From an uncultured Altererythrobacter sp. (GTDB lineage Bacteria > Pseudomonadota > Alphaproteobacteria > Sphingomonadales > Sphingomonadaceae), in assembly GCA_913055875.1 (NCBI GenBank), contig CAJXJY010000007.1:120959-184958 (forward strand): a stretch of DNA of 64,000 nucleotides, given 5' to 3'. A model generated the notes under the pieces. It searched no databases, was not told where the DNA came from, and saw nothing but the letters and a program-made list of their open reading frames with translations. Shown here in pieces: positions 25,158-35,388 of the stretch. The position numbers and the translations under genes were made by a program. How positions within the stretch are numbered: the first letter of the stretch is position 1; each line of letters begins with the position of its first letter.

Positions 25158-26018
25158 ATGGGAGGGGCGTCGTCGATGAGTGCATCCGGGAACATCCTGC
25201 TGCTGTCCGACAATTCCGGCAACGACTATGTCGCGAGGATTCGCGCGGGCGCCGAGCGCGCCGCGACGTCGGCGGGCTTCTCCATCGTCTCGGTGAACAT
25301 CTACGGTACCGAGCTGACGGTCGAGGACGTCCTGCGCGATGCCGACTGCGCCGCGATCGTCGTCACCCCGCCGGTGTCGGACGACCGGCATTCGCTGCTC
25401 GCGGTCGAGGCACGCAAGGCTCCCTATGTCCGGATCGCGCCGCTGCTCGATCCCGGGCGCGGCAATATCGTGGCGATGGACGAATTCGAGGCGGCCTCCG
25501 CGATCACCCGGCTGCTCACTGCGCGCGGCCACCGGCGGATCGCGATCATGCGCGGGCCGAAAATCCACCTCGTCAGCATGCGCCGCTATAACGGCTATGC
25601 GAATGCGCTCGGTGCGAAGGGGCTGCGGGTCGATCCGGCACTGGTCGCGCAGGGCGATTTTACCCGGCAATCGGGGCGCGACGAGGCGGGCAGGCTGTTC
25701 GCCGCGAAACCGACCGCTATCTTCGCCAGCAATGACGAGATGGCAGCGGGAATCGCCGATGCGGCGAAGGCGGTCGGGATCGCCATCCCCGGGGATATCT
25801 CGCTGGTCGGCTATGACGACAACGCAGTTGCTGCGACCATGCGCCCCGCGCTGACCACCGTGCGCCAGCCGCTCGAGGAAATGGGCGAGGCCGCGGGGCG
25901 GCTGGCGATCGAGTGCATCCGCAATCCGCACAAGCCCAACGAGAGCGTCACCGTGCCGTTCGAGATCGTCGAGCGCGAATCGGTGGTGGATTGCAGCGTG
26001 GGGGAGGGGCAGGGCTAG
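25158..26018 (+). CDS. LacI-family ligand-binding (periplasmic-binding-fold) protein lacking the N-terminal HTH
   Basis: Sugar-binding core motifs (ASNDEMAAG, GYDD, LTTVRQP). In-frame TAG at 25119 and AT-rich non-coding sequence upstream leave no room for an HTH. Confidence 0.7.
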   Translation: MGGASSMSASGNILLLSDNSGNDYVARIRAGAERAATSAGFSIVSVNIYGTELTVEDVLRDADCAAIVVTPPVSDDRHSLLAVEARKAPYVRIAPLLDPGRGNIVAMDEFEAASAITRLLTARGHRRIAIMRGPKIHLVSMRRYNGYANALGAKGLRVDPALVAQGDFTRQSGRDEAGRLFAAKPTAIFASNDEMAAGIADAAKAVGIAIPGDISLVGYDDNAVAATMRPALTTVRQPLEEMGEAAGRLAIECIRNPHKPNESVTVPFEIVERESVVDCSVGEGQG

Positions 26019-26027
26019 GGCCACGCA

Positions 26028-26402
26028 TCAAGGCGTGACTCCACCCTCGCGGTATCGCCGACACAGCGGGCGGCGCCTGCCGATCTCGATCGCCCAGCAC
26101 TGCCCGCGTTCGAGTTCGCAACCGGGATGGGCGGCCTGGACCAGCTCGCGCGTCGGGCCGAGCATGCCGAGCGCCCTGGCCTTGGTCACCTTGCGCCCCG
26201 AACAGGCGACGAGATAATGGTCGAAATCGCCGCTGCGCAATTTGGGGTCGCGCAGGCGGACAGAAAACTCGGTGCCGAAATCGCGCGCGACGTAACCGCC
26301 GGACAGGCCCATTGCCCACCCTGTCCTCACCAGGGCGATGGCGACGTGGATCGTCACGAATACGGCGAGGACGATCGCCACCCCGACAAGCTTTTTCGGC
26401 AT
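26028..26402 (-). CDS. Hypothetical membrane-anchored protein
   Basis: MPKKLVGVAIVLAVFVTIHVAIALV N-terminal TM segment. No family recognised. Confidence 0.45.
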   Translation of the reverse strand: MPKKLVGVAIVLAVFVTIHVAIALVRTGWAMGLSGGYVARDFGTEFSVRLRDPKLRSGDFDHYLVACSGRKVTKARALGMLGPTRELVQAAHPGCELERGQCWAIEIGRRRPLCRRYREGGVTP

Positions 26403-26435
26403 CGAACCGGCCACCCTCCCTGCAGGCCCGAAACG

Positions 26436-26705
26436 TTACCGCCGGGAGAAAATTGTCAACCCCTCGGCCTCGGCTTCGCTCGCTTCGATACGCTCCACCT
26501 GCGCGCGGGGCGGGCCGTCGTACATGGCAGAGATCATTCGCTCGACTGCCTGTGCCTCGCCTTCGAGGTGCGCTTCCACGGTGCCGTCGGGCAGGTTTCT
26601 GACCCACCCCGCGACCCCGAGCGAGCGCGCAGTGTCGACCGTCCAGTCGCGGTAGAACACGCCCTGGACGCGGCCGTGGACGATGAGGCGGCGGGCGTCG
26701 CTCAC
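26436..26705 (-). CDS. acyP: Acylphosphatase
   Basis: VHGRVQGVFYR...GWVRNLPDGTVE signature. GTG start overlaps the M28 stop. Confidence 0.88.
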   Translation of the reverse strand: MSDARRLIVHGRVQGVFYRDWTVDTARSLGVAGWVRNLPDGTVEAHLEGEAQAVERMISAMYDGPPRAQVERIEASEAEAEGLTIFSRR

Positions 26706-27718
26706 GTCTCGCCGCCCGCCTGCGCGGCGAGCATCCGTTCCAATCCCTCGACCACCAGCGCCAGCCGCCGATAGTCGAGCGTATCGGGCGTGTCGGTTGC
26801 GCGGTGGTAGTTGGGATTGCGGAAGGGGGCGGTGTCGGTGATCATGAATGCGGGGATGCCCTGCTGCGAATAACTCCAGTGGTCCGACCAGTCGATCCCC
26901 TGCACGAAGCCCGGGGCTGTCCCGCCGATCGAGGGGATGCGGGCATGTGCGCGGAATCCGTCGATCTTCTCGCGCAGGAAGGTCCGCGACGACAGGTCGC
27001 CGGCGAAGGCGACGAAATCGCCGGTGTCGGGATAGCGCAGCGAAAGCGGGAAGGGGTAGTGCTGGCTGCCGCGCGCGTCGGAAAAATAGCCGAGGCTTTC
27101 GAGTGCGATCATTCCGGCGACACGCTCCGGCTCGTCGAGCGAGCGGGCATGGACGAGGCTGCCCATCGCGTTGGTCTTGAAATGGGGCGGCTCCTCGTTG
27201 GCGTAGAACACGAGCTGCAGTTCGAGCGCGGCACGGCCGTCGAGCGGCTTCAGCGCGCGCGCCAGTTCGAGCAGCGCGGCGACCCCGCTGGCATTGTCGT
27301 CGGCGCCCGGCGCCGAACCCGCGCTGTCGTAATGCGCGCCGATCACGAGGATCGGCGCATCGGCGCGCGCAGCCCCGATCCGCACGACCAGATTGTCCGC
27401 TGGGGCGAGGACCTCCTGCCGCTGGACCGCATAACCGAGCGCTTCGAGTTCGCCCCGGAGATAGCCGAGCGTCCGCGTGACCGAGGCAATCCGCTCGAGG
27501 TTGCGCGGCGTTTCGGCGAGCGTGCGAACGTGGCTTTCGAGCCGCGCGGCGAGCTGCGGATCGCCGGGCTCGGCGGGGGGGCCGTCATAGGATTCGCCGG
27601 GCGTTGCGGTGGCCCACAGGAATGCGCCCACGGCGAGCGTGAACAGCGCGAGGACGATCGCGAGGAATACGATACGCCGCGCCTTGCCCTTGCGCTCGCT
27701 TTCCTCGTGATAGCTCAT
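26702..27718 (-). CDS. M28 family metallopeptidase
   Basis: GAHYDS...DDNASGVAALLELAR zinc-ligand motifs. N-terminal TM anchor. Confidence 0.88.
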   Translation of the reverse strand: MSYHEESERKGKARRIVFLAIVLALFTLAVGAFLWATATPGESYDGPPAEPGDPQLAARLESHVRTLAETPRNLERIASVTRTLGYLRGELEALGYAVQRQEVLAPADNLVVRIGAARADAPILVIGAHYDSAGSAPGADDNASGVAALLELARALKPLDGRAALELQLVFYANEEPPHFKTNAMGSLVHARSLDEPERVAGMIALESLGYFSDARGSQHYPFPLSLRYPDTGDFVAFAGDLSSRTFLREKIDGFRAHARIPSIGGTAPGFVQGIDWSDHWSYSQQGIPAFMITDTAPFRNPNYHRATDTPDTLDYRRLALVVEGLERMLAAQAGGET

Positions 27719-27829
27719 GCGGCAGGTCTATCCGCGCAAAGGGATCCCGTCACCCCGTAGGCGAGGACGCAATCGCGGGCGAGTAGGCGGCGGGCGGTCG
27801 GAAGGTCCGTGCCGCCCGCCGCCATGTAG

Positions 27830-28267
27830 TTACGCCGCCTGCTTGATCTCGCGCAGGGTGACGTCGAAGGTGAGATCCTCGCCGGCGAGCGGATGGTTGC
27901 CGTCGGCCTTGACCGACTGCTCGCCCACTTCGACGATGTGGAGCGTGATCGGCTGGCCGTCCTGGCCCTGCGCCTGCAATTGCATGCCGGGCTGCGGGGC
28001 CGGTTCGGGCGGCAGGTTGGAGCGCGGGATGTCGATCACCATCTCCTCGCGCCGCGGGCCGAAGGCGTTCTCGCTCTCGATCGAGACGCTCTGCTGGTCG
28101 CCGACTTCCATCCCGGTGAGCGCCTGTTCGAGCTGCGGGAAGATCTGCCCGCTGCCGAGCTGGATGTCCTGCGGCCCGGCCTCCGCGGTATTGCCGACCA
28201 CTTCGCCGTCGCCTCTGCGCAGCACGTAGTCGATGGTCACGGTGTCGCCGTTCTTGGGATTGGTCAT
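27830..28267 (-). CDS. FKBP-type peptidyl-prolyl isomerase (SlyD-like, no His tail)
   Basis: VTIDYVLR...G.GQIFPQLEQAL.GM..G......NHPLAGEDLTFDV pattern. Confidence 0.85.
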   Translation of the reverse strand: MTNPKNGDTVTIDYVLRRGDGEVVGNTAEAGPQDIQLGSGQIFPQLEQALTGMEVGDQQSVSIESENAFGPRREEMVIDIPRSNLPPEPAPQPGMQLQAQGQDGQPITLHIVEVGEQSVKADGNHPLAGEDLTFDVTLREIKQAA

Positions 28268-28551
28268 GAATGTCCTTTTGGATTTCGTGTTCGCGGCGCG
28301 GATGCACCGCCTGGGGAGCGCGCCCGCGTGTCGAGCGCTTCGCGCGCGAGTCTCGCAAGTTGGGGGGCGGTAGTCAAATGGGGCGGGGGCGAGTGTCCGG
28401 GTTGCGCCATGATGGATAACTGTGCTTCGAGTGGTTTACCCGTACCCCGTCCTTGAGCGGGTTGGCGGACTTCCGCTAATCCACTGCCGCGTCGAAAGCG
28501 CATCCAATGATAGCGCGATGAACGATCAAAAGTAGCACTGTCGGCGCTCGA

Positions 28552-29445
28552 TCAGGTTGCTAGAAACGCCACTAAGATCGTTAACACTAGTCCGCAGACG
28601 GCAAAAAAGAATTTCTTTCTCTCGCGATGCCGAGCTCCGACGCCAAATTCGAATACAACAGAAGGAAAAACCCTTAGATACATTCTTGTAATCAAGAATC
28701 CTGCAAATATTAAAGAAACAAGAAATACAAGAAAAGTGCTAAAATACCCCAACGCACCAAGCCTAGAGCTTGAAAAAGCACCTACGGAAAACGCACCCAC
28801 GAAAGCAGAGACGGTACCTATCGTTAAAAGAGCTGCCTTAAAATATGCGTGATGCAAAAAAGAAAAATCTGGCGCACTGTTTCTCAGCAAATTTAAAACT
28901 GGGTTGGATATTTGACGTACATTCTCCAGAGTGCCAGTGGCCCGAAAATCTGCAGTTTCATCACCCCAGTTTTTTACATGTAGCGAAATAAAACCAGAGG
29001 AATATTGTCCAGCGCGAGCAGTAACAGAAATTGGCTCAGAATGTTCTGATCTAAGAGCTTTCACGGCTTTTCGAATATCATGGAAATCTTCCGTAAGGTC
29101 ATTTTTCCAAGCTATAGAATACACAGGTGTGCAGCTTTTAACTGCCATCTCATAGAGGCTCTTGTTATTAATGTTAGTGGGAATCTTGCCTTTCCTTAAG
29201 TAAGTCTTGAGTCTCTTGGCGTTAACGTCGTAACTAACTGCCACATCCTCGCAGAGCACGCCCATTGTTTCACGCATCACGTCGTCAAGCCTCAGGAGGA
29301 AGCCTTCATCGACCAAAATCGGCTGACTAATTGATCTCTCAATGCTCCCCATAGTAATCCATGCTGCTCGTCCTATCTGCCCCGCCCATGTTTCGTCCAC
29401 ACGGCGAAGTGTCAACAATGTCATGGGGCCGGGGATCTGCGGCAC
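28552..29445 (-). CDS. Orphan low-GC membrane protein (soluble N-terminal domain plus three C-terminal TM helices)
   Basis: A hand-counted 60-nt sample (28561-28620) has 24 G+C, against a GC-rich background. A/T-rich third codon positions. Start uncertain: GTG 29445, ATG 29424 or ATG 29352. Confidence 0.6.
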   Translation of the reverse strand: MPQIPGPMTLLTLRRVDETWAGQIGRAAWITMGSIERSISQPILVDEGFLLRLDDVMRETMGVLCEDVAVSYDVNAKRLKTYLRKGKIPTNINNKSLYEMAVKSCTPVYSIAWKNDLTEDFHDIRKAVKALRSEHSEPISVTARAGQYSSGFISLHVKNWGDETADFRATGTLENVRQISNPVLNLLRNSAPDFSFLHHAYFKAALLTIGTVSAFVGAFSVGAFSSSRLGALGYFSTFLVFLVSLIFAGFLITRMYLRVFPSVVFEFGVGARHRERKKFFFAVCGLVLTILVAFLAT

Positions 29446-29463
29446 CCATAACGACGAACTCGG

Positions 29464-31143
<1,680 letters not shown>

Positions 31144-31256
31144 CGTGCGTGTCCTTCGGGTATCTGGCTGAACGGGATTTCGTGCGCGCAGATAGGGGGT
31201 GGGGGCGTTTCGGGCAAGCTGGACTTGGGGGCGGAGGCGCACTAGCTGACTGCGCC

Positions 31257-32633
31257 ATGCACAGACTCCTCCTGGCGCTCGGCGCCGCTTCGCTCCCCGC
31301 CGCCGCGCTGGCGAATTATCCCGCTCCCGATGCCGGCGCGCTCGCCGACCATGCCGCCGAGCACGACACGATCGCGTGGGACTTCGTCGAGGGGATCACC
31401 ACCGAAGTGGGTCCGCGGCAGGCGGGCACCGAAGCGGAGAAGCGCGGGCGCGAATGGGCGATGCGATGGCTGAAGCGCAACGGCTTCGCCAATGTCGCCG
31501 ACGAGCCGTTCGAGATGGAGACCTGGGTGCCGGGCGACCTGCACAAGGCGGAGATAATCTCGCCCTATCCGCAGCCGCTGGTGATCCAGCCGCTCGGCGG
31601 CAGCGCCTCGACCGGGCCCGACGGAATCACCGCCGAGGTGATCGAGTTCGAGAGCGTCGACGCGCTGCGCGAGGCGGTACCGGGCCTGCTCGAAGGCAGG
31701 ATCGCCTATGTCAGCCACGACATGACGCCGACGCAGGACGGCTCGCAATACGGCTTCGCCGGCCCGGCGCGCTGGGTCGGGGCGGGGATCGCGGCGCAGC
31801 ACGGCGCGGTGGCGACGGTGATCAAGTCGGTCGGCACCGACTACCACCGCAACCCGCATGTCGGCGGGACGGGTTTCCCCGAGGGTGTCGCTCCGACCCC
31901 TGCGGGCGCGCTGTCGCTGCCCGACGCGGCGAATCTCGAGCGAATGTTCGACCGCTCGGGCGGCGCGGCGATCGTGATGAAGCTGACGCTGACGCCGCGC
32001 GATCTGGGCACCACCACTAGCGGCAACGTGGTGGGCGAGATCGTCGGGCGCGATCCGTCGCTGCCGCCGGTGCTGCTCGCCTGCCATCTCGACAGCTGGT
32101 GGAACGGCACCGGGGCGTTCGACGACGGGGCCGGGTGCGGCATCGCCGCGGCGGCGGCGAAGAACGCGACCGCGCACGAGCAACCGTTGCGGACGATCCG
32201 CGTGCTGTTCGCGGGGGCGGAGGAAACCGGACTGTGGGGCTCGAAGGCGTATAGCGCCGCGCATATCGACGAGCCGGTCGGGGTGGCGTTCGAAAGCGAT
32301 TTCGGCGCCGACCGCATCTGGCAGTTCCAGAGCAATTTCCGCGAGGCCAATCCCGAACTGCATGCACAGATCGCGCGCGCCGTGGCGCGCTTCGGTGTCT
32401 CGAATTCGACCATCGTCGCCACCGGCGGCGCGGACATCAACATCGCGCGCGACCAGGATGCCGCGATCATCGACCTGCAACAGGACGGCTCACGCTATTT
32501 CGACCTCCACCACACACCCGACGACACGCTCGACAAGATCGACCCGGTGCAATTGCGCCAGAACGTCGCGGTGTGGACGCAGGTGGTCGGCATTCTTGCC
32601 AATTACGAAGGCGAGATCAGGCCGAAGGAGTAG
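31257..32633 (+). CDS. M28 family peptidase (secreted aminopeptidase-like)
   Basis: Signal peptide MHRLLLALGAASLPAAALA. HLDSW...FDDGAGCG metal-ligand motifs. Confidence 0.85.
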   Translation: MHRLLLALGAASLPAAALANYPAPDAGALADHAAEHDTIAWDFVEGITTEVGPRQAGTEAEKRGREWAMRWLKRNGFANVADEPFEMETWVPGDLHKAEIISPYPQPLVIQPLGGSASTGPDGITAEVIEFESVDALREAVPGLLEGRIAYVSHDMTPTQDGSQYGFAGPARWVGAGIAAQHGAVATVIKSVGTDYHRNPHVGGTGFPEGVAPTPAGALSLPDAANLERMFDRSGGAAIVMKLTLTPRDLGTTTSGNVVGEIVGRDPSLPPVLLACHLDSWWNGTGAFDDGAGCGIAAAAAKNATAHEQPLRTIRVLFAGAEETGLWGSKAYSAAHIDEPVGVAFESDFGADRIWQFQSNFREANPELHAQIARAVARFGVSNSTIVATGGADINIARDQDAAIIDLQQDGSRYFDLHHTPDDTLDKIDPVQLRQNVAVWTQVVGILANYEGEIRPKE

Positions 32634-32659
32634 TCCGCCTACAAGCTGCTTACCTCTAC

Positions 32660-32730
32660 CCGTTCGTCCTGAGCCTGTCGAAGGACGCTGGTGCAGCGCT
32701 GGCGTCCTTCGACAGGCTCAGGACGAACGG
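32660..32730. repeat. Palindromic REP-like element with perfect 29-bp arms
   Basis: CCGTTCGTCCTGAGCCTGTCGAAGGACGC at 32660-32688 and its exact reverse complement at 32702-32730. Confidence 0.92.
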
Positions 32731-33917
32731 AGGCCGTTTTGAGGGCGGACGATCGAACTCTGGCTGCGTAACAAACCCTCTTCGGCCTGCGCATCGCGGT
32801 CGGGGAACAGGGTGCGCATGGCGAGCGGCGGTTCGATCCCGAAATGCGCCGCGACCGCGCCCGCCAGCACCGCCTCGAGCGAACGCGTCGGGCGCAAATC
32901 GCGCTCTTCGTAGAGGTCCTTCGCCGCCAGCCCGGGCCAGTCTGCCAGCACGCGTCCACCGGCCACACTCCCGCCGAGCAGCATCGCCGCGCCGGCGGTG
33001 CCGTGGTCGGTCCCGTCGGTGCCGTTGCGTGCCACAGTGCGGCCGAACTCGGTCGCGACCAGCACCAGCGTATCGTTCCAGTCCACCCCCATGCCGCTGC
33101 GATAGGCACCGAGCATCGCGTCGAGCCGGGTCGCCTGCTGATTGAACTGGAAGCGCTGCCCGGCATGGCTGTCCCACCCGTCGGATTCGACCATCATGAT
33201 GCGCGCGCCTTCCGGCCCGCGCATCAGCGAGGCGGCGAGTTCGCCGGTCTTCTCCGCATCGCGCAGGTTCTTGAGCTGCGTATCGCCCGCCATTTCGCGC
33301 GTCCTGAGCGCCTCGTCGAGCAGGCCGCTCAACTGCGGATCGCTGCGATAGAGCTGGGCCACGCGGTCCATCATGTTGCCGGTCGCCTCGGGCAGCGCCG
33401 AGGGGGCGTAGCTCGACACGCTGTGCTGGCCCTGCAGCGCCAGCGGCACCGCGGGCGACAGCGCCAGCGCACGCGCACCGCCATCGGGCAGCAGGCCGAG
33501 CAGCCGGTTGAGCCACCCGTCGCGCACCGCATAGGCCTCGGTCCCGCCGCTCTCGAGCAGGTTCTGCGCATCGAAATGCGAGCGCTCGCGATAGGATGTG
33601 GCGACCGCATGGACGAACAGCGCCTGGCCGTCGCGGTATAGCCCGCCGATGTTCTCGAACGCCGGATGGAGCGCGAAGAACCCGTCGAGCTTCGGCAGGT
33701 CTTCCACCCCGTCGGCGAGCCGGTCGCGCCGGCGCAGGAAATCGGGATCGCCGACCGGGGCGAGCGTCGCCAGCCCGTCCGCCGCGCCGCGCTGGAGCAC
33801 GAACAACAGCCGCTTGTCGGTCGCCGCGGCCGCCAGCGCCATCGTCGGCATCAGCAGCGTCGCACCGCCCAGAGCGGCGGAGCGGAGCAGCAGGTTGCGG
33901 CGGTCGATCATGGTCAT
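32718..33917 (-). CDS. DUF1501 domain protein (Tat-secreted, sulfatase-like fold)
   Basis: MTMIDRRNLLLRSAALGGATLL twin-Arg signal, ...TEFGRT...G.DHG signature. Start overlaps the DUF1800 stop. Confidence 0.85.
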   Translation of the reverse strand: MTMIDRRNLLLRSAALGGATLLMPTMALAAAATDKRLLFVLQRGAADGLATLAPVGDPDFLRRRDRLADGVEDLPKLDGFFALHPAFENIGGLYRDGQALFVHAVATSYRERSHFDAQNLLESGGTEAYAVRDGWLNRLLGLLPDGGARALALSPAVPLALQGQHSVSSYAPSALPEATGNMMDRVAQLYRSDPQLSGLLDEALRTREMAGDTQLKNLRDAEKTGELAASLMRGPEGARIMMVESDGWDSHAGQRFQFNQQATRLDAMLGAYRSGMGVDWNDTLVLVATEFGRTVARNGTDGTDHGTAGAAMLLGGSVAGGRVLADWPGLAAKDLYEERDLRPTRSLEAVLAGAVAAHFGIEPPLAMRTLFPDRDAQAEEGLLRSQSSIVRPQNGLRSS

Positions 33918-35320
33918 CTCCGCATCATTTCGGGCGCGGCGAGCAGCAGGGCGAGCCCCTGATTGGGGCTCTCGGCGCGCGCGATCGCGGTCGCGGTGGT
34001 GTCGTTGAGCGCGTCGGGGAACAGGCGGCGGGCGAGCGCGGGGACGTCGGTGCGGCGGCTCGCGGTGGCGATCCGCTCTGCGACCTCGATCCGCCGCAGC
34101 AGCGCGTCGGGCGCGGCCCAGCTCGCGGCGGTATCCGCGAAACCGGCGGGGGAGGGCGGCCCCCAGGTCGTCTGGCCGAGCTCGGACTGGATGCCGGTGA
34201 ATATGCGCGCCGGCAACTCGCGCACACCGGTCGCGCGCAGTGCGCCGACCGACCATTCCCACGGCGTGCGGAACTTGTGCCGCTCGGGCCGCCACGTCTC
34301 GGGCGCTTCGATCAGCGTGCGGTAGAGCGTCGGCAGGTCGCCGTCGCTGTTGCGGAACGCGGTCTCGAGCCTGGCGACCAGCGTTCCGGGCGGGTCGTCG
34401 GCGCTGAAATGCCGCGCCAGCTTGGTCGCGACGAAGCGTGCGGTCGAGGGGTGCCGCGCGAGGTCGTCGAGCACCGCCAGCGCCTGGTCGCCGTCGCGCT
34501 GGCGATAGGTCTTGCCGAGGATGGTGCGCCTGCCCGGCTCGTGCACCACCAGCGAAAAGGCCGCACCGTTGCCGAGCGGTTGCGCATCGCGCAGGTAGGG
34601 CAGACCGTCGAAAGTATAGCCGGTCAGAGCGCGTGCGAATTCGGTCACGTCGGCCTGCGTGTAACCGCCGTCGACCCCGAGCGTGTGGAGTTCGAGTATC
34701 TCGCGTGCGAGGTTCTCGTTGAGCCCGACCTCGTCCATCCCGCGGCTGGCGCGAAAGCGCGCGCCGAGGCTGTTGGGACCGACCGAGCGGTCCTGGTCGA
34801 GATAGAGCAGCATTCCCGGATGCAGCGCCGCCGCGCGCAACAGCTCGCGGAAACTGCCCAGCACGTGCGGGCGGATCGCTTCGAACTCGTAGGGCGCGAC
34901 GAGCCCGCTGACCTGCCGCTTGGCGACCGAGACGGCGAAATGGTTCGACCAGAAATGGACCATCCGCTCGACGAACGGCGTGTCGCTGTCGATCGCGACC
35001 TGACCGCGCGCGGCGACGTCGGCGAAATACTTGTCGCGCACCTTGCCGAAATAGCCGCGCAGCACCTGCTGCAGATCCTCGCCCGCCTCTTCGAGCGAAT
35101 CGACCTGGTCCGTGCCGCGCAGCGCGCCGCGCAGGTTGAGCCGGTAATGAAGGAAATCCGCCGCCGCCGCCTTGCTGCCGGGGCGGTCGCGCAAGGCCGC
35201 CGGGTTCGGGTCGTAGCGGTCGAACTGGCCGAGCAGCCAGCGGCGCGGGTTTTCGGGTGGGGCGTCGTCGCCCCTCGCGCCGAGGCCGAACCGGTTGAGG
35301 GCGATGCTCTGCTCGCTCAT
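33914..35320 (-). CDS. DUF1800 domain protein
   Basis: NRFGLGA..., ...HFSVS..., LELHTLGVDGGYTQ.DV signature. Standard partner of DUF1501. Confidence 0.85.
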   Translation of the reverse strand: MSEQSIALNRFGLGARGDDAPPENPRRWLLGQFDRYDPNPAALRDRPGSKAAAADFLHYRLNLRGALRGTDQVDSLEEAGEDLQQVLRGYFGKVRDKYFADVAARGQVAIDSDTPFVERMVHFWSNHFAVSVAKRQVSGLVAPYEFEAIRPHVLGSFRELLRAAALHPGMLLYLDQDRSVGPNSLGARFRASRGMDEVGLNENLAREILELHTLGVDGGYTQADVTEFARALTGYTFDGLPYLRDAQPLGNGAAFSLVVHEPGRRTILGKTYRQRDGDQALAVLDDLARHPSTARFVATKLARHFSADDPPGTLVARLETAFRNSDGDLPTLYRTLIEAPETWRPERHKFRTPWEWSVGALRATGVRELPARIFTGIQSELGQTTWGPPSPAGFADTAASWAAPDALLRRIEVAERIATASRRTDVPALARRLFPDALNDTTATAIARAESPNQGLALLLAAPEMMRR

Positions 35321-35388
35321 GGGCGAGGATAATGCACGCCGGCCGGCCATTTGTCAGGTCGCACCGCGTAACGCTTTGTCGCAAGCGC

